NCBI GenBank assembly: GCA_001563335.1 | Contig: LRSL01000014.1 | Location: 1-24,956, forward strand | Direction of reading: 5' to 3' | DNA length: 24,956 nucleotides | From: Candidatus Thorarchaeota archaeon SMTZ1-45 | GTDB taxonomy: Archaea; Asgardarchaeota; Thorarchaeia; Thorarchaeales; Thorarchaeaceae | In this document: positions 1 to 10,400 of the stretch, in pieces | Numbering within the stretch: the first letter of the stretch is position 1 | Layout of the letters: each line of letters begins with the position of its first letter | Program-made: the position numbers and the translations under genes | Notes under the pieces: generated by a model | The model's database searches: none | What the model was told of the DNA's origin: nothing | The model's input: only the letters and a program-made list of their open reading frames with translations

Positions 1-1
1 C

Positions 2-3000
2 ACCAAATCTGGTTCATATCTGAATGTAGCTCAAGTCGATGTCACATTCACATTGAGAGCTCACAAGACTGCAGTGACTGTGACTGGAGATATGACCACA
101 CCCTATGGCCAAGATACACAAGTCAATATTGTCTTGTTTGATCTGGACACAGGTTCTGCAGTTGATATTTCTGATGTCAATACAATAACCTTCAGCTATA
201 CAGGGGGATATACCTCCGATAACTTTGGTTCATACTCTGCCACCTTGACTACCGCTGATTGGAATGTAGGATCAGTTACAGCCACTTTGACTATCACAAT
301 GTCGAATATTAAGATTCAAGCACCTACACTATATGCATTCAACATCCAAATTTTGGCTCACAGGACTTCGTTGTCAGTAACGGGTGTCACTACCAACCCT
401 TACGGTAATCAGACTGCCCTTACAATAATCCTGACAGACTTGGAAAATGGTAGTTATGTCCCAATTGGTTCCGTTTCCAACATTCGACTTCAGCATCCAT
501 ATGGTTTTGATGACTTCAGTAGCTATGCCCTTACTCTGGACACTAGTTCTTGGTCTGTTGGAGCACATACTGTCACTGTAAATATCACAATTAGTGGAAC
601 AATCTATAGTGCTCCATCTAACTATCAATTTACGATTACGATTCGAAGCATGACTTCTGTAATGTATCATGATCCGTCTCCTTTGAACTTCCCATTAGGT
701 GCAGACTTTGAGGTATATCTCCGACTAAACACTAGTGAAGCAGGTCCACACTATGGTGATCCCATTTCTGGAAGAATTGCTGGGGAGTTCTCTGTACCGG
801 GATATTCCATCTCGATTGACACAACTGAGCAAGCAATTGGTCGATATAAACTCACAATTAGTGAATCCTATTTCGTAGGTACAACCTATGAGATTACAGT
901 TTATTTCACGTCCACAGACAATAGATATGCCAATACATTTGTAGTGATTCGCTTCTTATATCGTTCAATTGATAGTACACTAACCTCTCCTAATTATCCG
1001 CAGGTTACAACGCCTTATCAACTGAATGTGGCGATTCTTCTAAACTATACAGACATTGATTTTGGTTCTGGTATCGAAGGTGCAACAATATCCTCACCAG
1101 ATCATTCATCCTGGATAGCAAGCTGGACCGATTTGAGTGGCGGTCTATATAATGTTACAATTGATGTATCAACACTAAGCCAGGGCATCTATTACCTTAA
1201 CCTTACAGCCACCAAATCAGGTGTCGCACAAAGAACTCTAGAGTTCAGAATAGTAATTCGTGAAGCATATACCTCTGCAATCCCATCAGTGAGTTCGCTG
1301 GTAATTCCAATCGGCAACTCACCATTCTTCTATGTTGAATACTCTGATGTTGATAGACTCATACCTATTGATAATAGCTCATCTCCGTATACTCAGGTTA
1401 TATCAACATGGCATAACTTCTCAGTTGAATATATGCCTGGACTTCAGAAATACAAGATAACATTCCACACATCTGATTCGGATTCAATTATTTCGAATAT
1501 AGCGTACAACTTCGAATTCTCAAAAGGTAGCAACTATCAAATTGTCAGTTTTAACATTATAGTAACTATCCGTACGCACAATACCGAGTTTAGAATCGTT
1601 AGCTCAATTGAGCCAACGAGTACAATCGGAACTTTCAATATTTCTGTATACTATGGAGATCTTGATAGTGCTATAGGCATCAAGTCTGCTTTGGTTATAT
1701 TCTCTGTTTCTAATGTATCTGGACCAGTTAGCTCGAGCTACGATTATGACTTTGATCTTGGCAATGGTTATTACATAATATCTGTGCCAGCTTCTCAATT
1801 TGGTCTAGGTTTCCAGACCTTTACAGTCTATGCAGATTGGACTGGCGCTGTATTAAAGTACCAAGACAAGTCATTCGTTACATCAGCAAATGTAGTGGGT
1901 AGGGATTCAGCTCTAACACTTCTAATTGGTTCTGAGCCAACGCCTTATAATGAGGACATGGGTTACACATTCTTCTATAGCGACATATTCAGTGGTGTGG
2001 GAATTGACAATCTTACTGGAAATGTTTTCATCTATGTAAGTTTCCAAGGTGAAATAGTTAATCCATCTGATATCATTATTACTGACTTTTCTGGAATAGA
2101 TAATGGAACATACGCCATTCAATTTAACACAAGCATCTTCAGTAGAACTGGTTTAATCTATATGAATGTCTTCGTCAACTGGTCTAAAGGTGTTTCACCC
2201 TTCTATTCTAACCGAACTGATGTTGTATCAGTCAGGGTTCTTCCAAGGGATACACTCCTTTCAATCACACCTGCATTATCGACAAGTTATAACGAGAATG
2301 CAACCTTTACGCTAACATATGAGGATGTCACTAGTGGCCTAAACATCATTGATGATCCAAAACTGACAATCTCTATGAATGTTACATTCTCATATGTTGA
2401 GAATGCAGGAATCTTCGAAATAACGATTAACACGAGTCAGTTTGGTAGCTTAGGAATTAAGGCGATTCGAGTTGATGTGACGTGGAGTGGTATTCCATTC
2501 TATGCAAATCGAACTGGTCGAATCACATACATCACTATTGTTACTAGAGTTACCTCTCTTGAATATCTGACACCTCCACCAACGCAGTATGGTGATCAGG
2601 TGGTCTTCAATGTGACTTGGACTGATATAACGGAAGGTGCTTCAATTCCCATTACAGGTGCAACTCTTGTGTTAAAAGAAGGTCTTTCACCAATTGATGT
2701 TAGCGAATATTCCTATGTGGAAATATCACCCGGAGTTTATAGAGTAACTTTGAATACAACATATGCTTTTGCGCCGGGTACAGATACGCTAAGAGTTGAG
2801 ATTTCTTCAATCAACTTCTATTATGCTCTAAAGGCAATCAATCGTCAATTCACAATTCAGGAACGTGCAACTATAGTCGCTGCGAATCCTGTACCTGATG
2901 TTCCATATGGCTCCTCAATTACTGTGATTGTGAGTTACCTAGATTTGTTCACTGGAACACCTATAGCAAATGATTCTGCCAATGGATATCCTGTGACAAT

Positions 3001-6000
3001 AATGATATCAGGTCAGGCATATGCGTCAATCTGGAGAGCTGGATTCCAGAACTATCAATTGAATATCTCATGGAATCCGCTTTGGGATGCAACTTGGACT
3101 CCTGGAACATCACATAGCCTTACAATACAAATGGATTTTGCTTACCAAGCACCATTCTACTTACCAAATCAAGCACTTATCACATTCGATATAAGAATCA
3201 GAGACTCTTCACTTGCACTTGATATTGAGCCAGAAACCACTCCATATCTTGATAATGTGAACTTCACTGTTTTCTATAGTGATACTGATGCAGGAGGAAC
3301 AGGTATTGCAGGTGCTGATATCTCCATAGTTGGTTTTACAGAAATTACAGACTATCTCATTTCAGAAGGTAGTCCTGGATACTACACAATAACTGTATTC
3401 ACTACATCGTTGGGAAGCCTTGGCATACATGTTCTTGACATTCAAGCAGACTGGACAGGTGCACCTTATCATGCTGATGCCGCAAGAAGTGTCAGTGTGC
3501 TTGTTCGAACAAGAGCCACAAACCTAGAAGTCACTGTGCCACCAGCCCAGACACTATATTTGGACAATCTAACCTTTGAGTTTGAATTCAATGATCTCGA
3601 TGCTGGTACATCTATTTCACTAGCTGACCTAACTATCATTCATCTCTACTGGCCTAATATGACTGAAATCAGTCAACTTGAATACACTATTATTGAAAAT
3701 AGTGGCACATATGAGCTTAATATCTCCTCAACTACACTTTCTACCTCGCCAGTGACTGGTCTATCGATTAGAGTGGTTGTGGATTGGCCTGCTGTGCAAG
3801 CACCATTCTATGCTGATGATTTCACTATTGTCAAAATTACAATTACAGGACGCTCCATTCTTGTTGAAACAGAGCAGATTCAGCGTACGCCTAAGGGCGA
3901 CATTCTAAATATCACAATCAATCTTTCAGATCTTGACAATGGAAATCCTGTTGAGGGAGCAATAATCCAATTCAGCTGTCAGGGTCATTTCCTACAGGAA
4001 GGTATTGATTACACTAGAAGCGAAGCACTGGGAACCTATGTATTCAACGTTGATACACTTTCTTTGACTGGTACAGGCACGTTTCTCTTTGATATAAGAG
4101 TCCAATGGAATCCCAATTTCTCACCGTTCTATTCTAACCGTTCCTTGGTAACTTTGACTGGTCTAGTTGATTTGGTGAGAACTTCACTTCAGGTCAATGC
4201 ACTGGTACCATCATCGGTTCAATACACAGACTCTGTTTCACTTAATGTGACTTGGAGAGATTTAGACCATGGACTTCCTGTTACTGGATATGCTGCAATA
4301 ATAGATTCCAATGTGAAATACCTTGTCAGTGGAGCAAGACCTGCAGACTTGGTTGTCTATGAGTATGGCTCATCAGGTATCTATAATATTACTTTCAGTA
4401 CTTCTGATTTGCCAACACTAGGACCCTACACACTTAGAATTGTAGCAGCTGTTTCAGTATATGCATCTGTAACTGTGACCCCACAATTTAACGTTATAGC
4501 TATCAACACAGCCCTCACTCCTGTTGAAACATCTGTTTCTGCATATTGGAAGAGTAGCATAGAAATCAGAGTAGATTATGAAGACCTACTAAACGGAATC
4601 CCAATCTCTGACGCATTGAGTGTATTTTGGTCCTATGGGGCATTTATTGGACCACTGGACGAAATAGGATCAACTGGCCGATATCACGCAACAATAGATA
4701 CTGACAGTTTTGAAGCTGGGACATTTGTATTGACTATTGAAGCTAGTAAGGATAAGTACACGACTTCAATAACAACAATAACATTAGTTGTATTGACGAT
4801 TCCAAGTGAAATAGTAATCCTAGAACCGGTTGAAATAGTAAAAGAAGTGAATAGAGGTAGTTCTGTAATCATTGAGGTCCGGCTTCTTGACACCAATTAC
4901 AGTCTTACAATCGATGACACCCAAGTTCGGAATGAATCCGGATACCTCCAAGTCTATGCATCTCTAAATAGCATAAAATATTACATGACATATAATTCCT
5001 TTACAGGTCTATGGAATGTAATAATACCTGGGAATGCGACCATTCTGGCAGCACTGTTATCTTATGATATTCAGATATTTGCCTTCTTTAATAATTACGA
5101 CCCAGCTGTTGATCAGTTCAAGATATATATCACGCAAACTTCAACGAAGCTTAGTGTGGTTGGTCTTCCTGATCCACCCAAACTTGAGGTGTATTACCTT
5201 CAGAATGTCACTTTGCAACTTAATTTCACGACAGCAAAAGACGTTGCTTTCTTTATGGAAATCAATGATGGAATGGTGAATTGGACTGATGCGATTCGAA
5301 ATATTAGTCTCAGCTTTACATCAATAGGTAATGGTATTTGGACTCTGACATTCAATACGTCAATTCTAGGATTTGGTACTATTGGAGTTTCATTCTATGG
5401 ATATCCAGAAAATACAACTCTTGCTCAAACAATAACGAGCATGACATTGACGGTCAAAAATGTTCCAACTGATGTTGATGGTCCTACTGCAACTATAGAC
5501 TTGTATTGGGGCTGGGCTGGGAACATCTCCATTGACTATATTGATACATACAATTCGAGGTATATACCTGGAGCATTTGTTACCTATAGCTATGGTAACC
5601 TCGATTTCAATGCTACAGACCTCGGAAATGGAACATATACTCTCTTTATTGATACAACATTATTGGAATCTAATGTTAGGGAAAGAATATCCACTTTATT
5701 CTTCCTTGAAAACTATGAAACCCAATCTCGTAGCTTCTTTATTCGAGTACTTGAGAGACCCACAGAGCTAATCATTGATTATCCTGACCAGAACTTTGTA
5801 ACAATTGATCAAGGAATACATTACTTGGAGTTAACGATGGGCGACTCCATTGATATCTCACTATTCTATAATGATATCCTTGCTATTGGAGGATTAAATG
5901 GTGGAATTACTTCTGCAACTTTCTCAGAGTTCACAGACATGAGAGCTCCTGCCTATTTCGGTTCTGGTGTGTCTATGCCAATAGTCTTTCGAGAAGGATT

Positions 6001-7297
6001 CGGATTCTATAATTTCACATTCGACACAAATAACCTGGTGCTTTATGCACTCCACTCAGGTCCTATCATTATCGAGGGCGAGTACTTCAGATTTTCCATA
6101 GAAGTTTTTGATGCGAATAGAGAACTTCAAGCAATAGAAATCCGTATCAGAATCAGAACAACACCGACAGAAATTCTCCATGATGGCGAAGTTGTTACCA
6201 CCGACCAAGCGTTCACCATAATTAATGGAGAAACTATTACATATGATTTCTATCTCAACGATACATGGCATGGTTGGGGTGTTGATGGTGCTACATTTTC
6301 TATAGAACCCGGTGTAACAGCAATCATCAGTAGCAATTCTTCAATAGGAAATGGTTACTATAGAATAGTTATCCAAGCTATTGGGTATGGCGGGTTAGAA
6401 GATATCACAATAACAATGAAACGAGAATTTCATGATGATGTTGATATCGTTTTTTCAATACGCACACTAGCCAATGACTTCGATGTCCTATTTCAAAACA
6501 TTACTATTTATGGTCTGCCAATTAGTATATTTATTATAGCGCTACTTGGCGCTTATGTGAAAGTTTGGAGTGTTCCAAAGAGAATTCGCCAGATAAATGG
6601 TCAGCTCAAGAGCCTTCGTAAGGGTAAGGTGCCAAAACCAATCTCTGATGTAAAAAGCAGACAACAGCTTGCTGCTGAGCTTTTCAATGATACTTTTGAA
6701 AAATTGAAACTAACACGAACTGCAGCACAGATGCCTGAGGATCCTATTCCTATCGAGGTTCCAGAAATGGGCGAGCTTCTCATTCAACTTGCGATTCTCA
6801 CAAATCTAAGCCCTGAGGAGCTTGATGAGTTCCAAGCTGATATCAATAAGATGAAAATGAGTGAGCAAGCCGCCTTCGTACGAGAAGTCATTATGCAGGA
6901 AGCAATCCGAGCTGCTCGTCGAGAGGGCCGAACAGTTGAAGAAACACTTGCCAGAATAGAACAGGAAGCTCAACGACGTCTCGGTGCGGAGGAAGATGTA
7001 GAGCCTATTGATGTGCTAGAACCTGTTTCTGAAGAGATGGTCTTTCTTGAAGACGAAGAGCCAAAAGAAATCCCACGAAAGGAAACGGTACCGCCCGAAG
7101 ATGAAGTCACCTATGAGGAGCCTCCTGACACAATTTCCGAGAAGATGAGTCTCTATGAGATAGAAGAGCTTCGGAAAGACCTCGAACGAAGAGGTGTACC
7201 TCCTCACGAGATTGAAACCATAATTGAACAAGCAAAGGAATTACCTCGTGAACTTGTCGAAGAGCTTGTCAAGAGTCTAGAAGGGAAGAAAGACTAG
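2..7297 (+). CDS. Giant type-I membrane/surface protein A (5'-truncated): >=20 tandem Ig-like beta-sandwich repeats, single TM helix, conserved ~245 aa cytoplasmic tail
   Basis: The frame is open from base 2 (TKSGSYLNVAQVDVTFTLRAH...), so TTG at 53 is not the real start. This stretch aligns with internal residues NATKPGSLYEMASVNITFILRPH of the downstream paralog. Repeats of ~100-120 aa follow the pattern T-x-L...PY...Y-x-D-x-D-x-G...G-x-Y-x-I-x-x-N/D-T, with many N-x-S/T sequons. TM ITIYGLPISIFIIALLGAYV at ~6500-6560 is followed by basic residues (positive-inside rule). Confidence 0.93.
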   Translation, partial: TKSGSYLNVAQVDVTFTLRAHKTAVTVTGDMTTPYGQDTQVNIVLFDLDTGSAVDISDVNTITFSYTGGYTSDNFGSYSATLTTADWNVGSVTATLTITMSNIKIQAPTLYAFNIQILAHRTSLSVTGVTTNPYGNQTALTIILTDLENGSYVPIGSVSNIRLQHPYGFDDFSSYALTLDTSSWSVGAHTVTVNITISGTIYSAPSNYQFTITIRSMTSVMYHDPSPLNFPLGADFEVYLRLNTSEAGPHYGDPISGRIAGEFSVPGYSISIDTTEQAIGRYKLTISESYFVGTTYEITVYFTSTDNRYANTFVVIRFLYRSIDSTLTSPNYPQVTTPYQLNVAILLNYTDIDFGSGIEGATISSPDHSSWIASWTDLSGGLYNVTIDVSTLSQGIYYLNLTATKSGVAQRTLEFRIVIREAYTSAIPSVSSLVIPIGNSPFFYVEYSDVDRLIPIDNSSSPYTQVISTWHNFSVEYMPGLQKYKITFHTSDSDSIISNIAYNFEFSKGSNYQIVSFNIIVTIRTHNTEFRIVSSIEPTSTIGTFNISVYYGDLDSAIGIKSALVIFSVSNVSGPVSSSYDYDFDLGNGYYIISVPASQFGLGFQTFTVYADWTGAVLKYQDKSFVTSANVVGRDSALTLLIGSEPTPYNEDMGYTFFYSDIFSGVGIDNLTGNVFIYVSFQGEIVNPSDIIITDFSGIDNGTYAIQFNTSIFSRTGLIYMNVFVNWSKGVSPFYSNRTDVVSVRVLPRDTLLSITPALSTSYNENATFTLTYEDVTSGLNIIDDPKLTISMNVTFSYVENAGIFEITINTSQFGSLGIKAIRVDVTWSGIPFYANRTGRITYITIVTRVTSLEYLTPPPTQYGDQVVFNVTWTDITEGASIPITGATLVLKEGLSPIDVSEYSYVEISPGVYRVTLNTTYAFAPGTDTLRVEISSINFYYALKAINRQFTIQERATIVAANPVPDVPYGSSITVIVSYLDLFTGTPIANDSANGYPVTIMISGQAYASIWRAGFQNYQLNISWNPLWDATWTPGTSHSLTIQMDFAYQAPFYLPNQALITFDIRIRDSSLALDIEPETTPYLDNVNFTVFYSDTDAGGTGIAGADISIVGFTEITDYLISEGSPGYYTITVFTTSLGSLGIHVLDIQADWTGAPYHADAARSVSVLVRTRATNLEVTVPPAQTLYLDNLTFEFEFNDLDAGTSISLADLTIIHLYWPNMTEISQLEYTIIENSGTYELNISSTTLSTSPVTGLSIRVVVDWPAVQAPFYADDFTIVKITITGRSILVETEQIQRTPKGDILNITINLSDLDNGNPVEGAIIQFSCQGHFLQEGIDYTRSEALGTYVFNVDTLSLTGTGTFLFDIRVQWNPNFSPFYSNRSLVTLTGLVDLVRTSLQVNALVPSSVQYTDSVSLNVTWRDLDHGLPVTGYAAIIDSNVKYLVSGARPADLVVYEYGSSGIYNITFSTSDLPTLGPYTLRIVAAVSVYASVTVTPQFNVIAINTALTPVETSVSAYWKSSIEIRVDYEDLLNGIPISDALSVFWSYGAFIGPLDEIGSTGRYHATIDTDSFEAGTFVLTIEASKDKYTTSITTITLVVLTIPSEIVILEPVEIVKEVNRGSSVIIEVRLLDTNYSLTIDDTQVRNESGYLQVYASLNSIKYYMTYNSFTGLWNVIIPGNATILAALLSYDIQIFAFFNNYDPAVDQFKIYITQTSTKLSVVGLPDPPKLEVYYLQNVTLQLNFTTAKDVAFFMEINDGMVNWTDAIRNISLSFTSIGNGIWTLTFNTSILGFGTIGVSFYGYPENTTLAQTITSMTLTVKNVPTDVDGPTATIDLYWGWAGNISIDYIDTYNSRYIPGAFVTYSYGNLDFNATDLGNGTYTLFIDTTLLESNVRERISTLFFLENYETQSRSFFIRVLERPTELIIDYPDQNFVTIDQGIHYLELTMGDSIDISLFYNDILAIGGLNGGITSATFSEFTDMRAPAYFGSGVSMPIVFREGFGFYNFTFDTNNLVLYALHSGPIIIEGEYFRFSIEVFDANRELQAIEIRIRIRTTPTEILHDGEVVTTDQAFTIINGETITYDFYLNDTWHGWGVDGATFSIEPGVTAIISSNSSIGNGYYRIVIQAIGYGGLEDITITMKREFHDDVDIVFSIRTLANDFDVLFQNITIYGLPISIFIIALLGAYVKVWSVPKRIRQINGQLKSLRKGKVPKPISDVKSRQQLAAELFNDTFEKLKLTRTAAQMPEDPIPIEVPEMGELLIQLAILTNLSPEELDEFQADINKMKMSEQAAFVREVIMQEAIRAARREGRTVEETLARIEQEAQRRLGAEEDVEPIDVLEPVSEEMVFLEDEEPKEIPRKETVPPEDEVTYEEPPDTISEKMSLYEIEELRKDLERRGVPPHEIETIIEQAKELPRELVEELVKSLEGKKD

Positions 7298-7307
7298 GAA
7301 ATTTCCT

Positions 7308-7325
7308 ACTTTCTTTCATTCTTTT
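7308..7325 (+). terminator. Pyrimidine/T-rich archaeal-type terminator after gene A
   Basis: The tract actttctttcattctttt lies just downstream of the TAG at 7297. Confidence 0.4.
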
Positions 7326-7355
7326 AATCAATTTCGAAAAAAAAGACAGACTTGA

Positions 7356-7421
7356 CATTTGAGAATAATAATCCAAACGACATGTATTGATATAGGCAAC
7401 GAATAATTTGGTTCTCAAATG
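7356..7421. repeat. Perfect 10-bp inverted repeat, extendable into a long imperfect hairpin
   Basis: catttgagaa (7356-7365) pairs with ttctcaaatg (7412-7421). Inside, ccaaa (7373-7377) pairs with tttgg (7407-7411). Confidence 0.7.
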
Positions 7422-7470
7422 ATAGACCTGCCCCTGAGGAGAAGGTAGGTAACAAAGAATTCGAAAACAA

Positions 7471-10400
7471 ATGGTGCCAATGATGCGGAAAAGTTGTCTT
7501 TTCTCCCTAATTTTTGTTGCGTTGTTTGTGTTTAGTCTTGCAGACCTCTCTGGGAGTGGTGTTCCTACAGTGGATCGAGGTCTGTTAGTGAATAGCCAAT
7601 ATCAGGTTTCGGAGGCAGGTGGTGCATATGTTGGAACAGGGTCTCCTCTCACAGTCTCATTCTCTGGCACCTTCACAAATAGCTCCAGTTGGAGTCAAAC
7701 GACCACAACTCTCTCCTCTAGCTTCACCTCTGGCACATCGTTTGTTGTTACCAACTCAAGTACTGTAGCATGGACTGCGTATATTCTTGTTTCTCCACCA
7801 GCAGAGGTAGAGAGTCTAAGTTTCAATGTAGATTATCAAGAAACTGAGTGGCGTCCAATTTCATTGACAAATCCAATTGGAGTAGTGATGAGCTATCCTA
7901 CAGAGTGGTGGTATGAAACTGGACTTGTATTTGTAAGTCAATCCGCTGTAACAACTCATGGTCTCTGGAAGCTCGAATTTGTAGCGATGAACCATCTATT
8001 CAATCTTGAATTAGGACCAAGTAGTGGACCATTGGGTTCAACTTCGACATTCGGTCTAAGTGATGAGATGTTGTTTCGGAGTACAAGTAGTTGGATTACT
8101 GGTGCATCCACCAAATTTGTACTGACAGATCCAACTGGTTCTGAATGGTACTTTGCTACTAACACCACATCGGGTTCTCCAACTCACATTTTGCAATCAT
8201 TCCGATACAAGAAAGACATCACCATAGACCGAACTCGGCATCTTGCTACAAGTGTGAACAACTTCCCTGTCTTGATCGACATCACAGATTCTGATCTTCA
8301 AACAGATGTCCAAAATGATGGAGACGATATTCTATTTGTATCTGGGGGCCATATCCTCTCACACCAGATTGAACTATTTGAGAAAGCAACAGGTCATCTT
8401 GTTGCATGGGTGAAGACAAATCTTACAGGCTCTGTTAACACTGTAGTCAGCATGTACTATGGAAATCCCCTTCTTGGTAATATGGAGAATCCTGCGGATG
8501 TGTGGACTGAGAGTTTCGCAGCTGTTTGGCATCTTGATGAAGATGCTACTGCTGGACAAACGACAGCAACTCATTATGATTCAACATCTGAAGGATATGA
8601 TGGCACTCAAAATGGAAACTTCGATGATTCTGGCAGAGTTGGCTTAGGACAACACTTTGATGGCTCAAATGATCAGATTGTTATCCTAGCATCAGAAGTA
8701 CTCGAGCCTGCTGGGGATGTTGAGATATCTGGTTGGTTTAAACTAGATGTAGCTCACACATCTACTTCAACAACAACAAAACTACTCTTCACTAAAATGC
8801 TTGATGGCGACAATGATATGCACATTGCACTTGTTGGAACTGACTATACAACAGCAGCCGCTACTGATGGAAGTCTGGTCTTCAAGACTGAGAATGGTGG
8901 TAATGGTCAGATGTACAAATGGACCAGTCAAACAAGCTGGCAAGCTGGCGTATGGTATTATTTCTCTTGTTTCATGGATGCTAGTACTCCTTCAAATAAT
9001 AGAATCCAAGTTAATGGTGTAGTAGATGTTGCTGGTTCGAGTGGAGGCATAACCTATGCTGACCTCTCTTTCACCGCAGATTGGGGAATTGGGGGTGGAC
9101 TAATCGATCAGATTTCTGGAAACCTTGCATGGTTTGACGGTGTTATGGATGAAGTCCGGGTGTCTGCCACAACTACCGCAAACGGTAGGTCTACTGCATG
9201 GCGTGCAGCTGAGTATCAGAATCTAAACAGCCCCTCAACATTCTACTCAATAGGACCGGAGCAGGAAAGAACCTCTCCTGATTCTCAAATCAAGAAGACT
9301 GTTGACGTGACAGCTTTGGCTGGTTCTTGGGTTGTTTCTGGTTACTACAACGACTCCGGTAGCTCGGTCAACTATCGTGTGGGCATGTATGAACGAACCT
9401 TTGTCATAAAGCATGCTTCCTCATTGAGTCTCACAGCTCCAACTGATGCAGTAGCTGACAGTATAACTGTAGCCACAATTGGTGATTCGGTTTATGTCCA
9501 AGTGGAACTAACTGATGGTATCACAGCATCTGGTGTGGCTGGTTCTATTATGACAACAAATTGGACCATTTATGGCTCTGGAACAAACCTCCAATTCCAT
9601 GATGAGGGAGGAGGTTTGTATGGCCTTGTGCTTAATACATCGCACCTTGAGAACAACATTAGATGGAGGCTCAATATCTTATCAAGTCATCCCTACTACA
9701 CTGATGCTTCAACCACTCTATATATTGATCTTAACCACGACACCTCTCTTGATTATACGAATATAACCTCTACACCCACAGGGTTTGATTTCACAGCAAC
9801 TCTGTTTTTCACTGACACATTCAATAATGGTAGAATCTCAGGAGCGACTATCACATTAGCAAATGGAACTGTAATCTCTCCTGATGCGGAAGGGAATGGT
9901 CAATACAATATCTCTATCCCAACTTCAAGTCTTACTCCCGGAATCTACTGGTATATTATCAATGCGACTAAACCTGGCTCATTATATGAAATGGCAAGTG
10001 TGAATATCACTTTCATTCTTCGACCACACTATACAGCAGCTTCGGTGTCAGGTGATCTTCTGACTCCTTGGGGTTTTGATACTCCATTGACAGTAGTTCT
10101 AATCGACCTTGATACTGGTGGTTTTGTTGACATTAGTAATGTGGATTCTATTACCTTGACTCCATCAGGCTATGGGCCACAAGTTTTTGGAACATATAGC
10201 TTAACTCTTGATACTGATTTATGGACTGTCGGAGTTGCAGATGTCACACTAACTATCAGCATGTCTAGTTCTAATTATTATGAACCAGATGCATATGTCT
10301 TCCAAATAACAATTAGAAAACATTACACATCTGCAACAGTTGTTGGAAATCTTGTTACTCCCTATGGAAACAATACTCCACTAACTGTAATGATAACAGA

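Noticed and set aside
6885-6904. 20-nt exact repeat gaagtcattatgcaggaagc (also at ~16516-16535) as a recombination or mobile-element repeat
   Set aside because: It encodes the conserved EVIMQEA peptide, and flanking synonymous sites differ, so protein conservation explains it.
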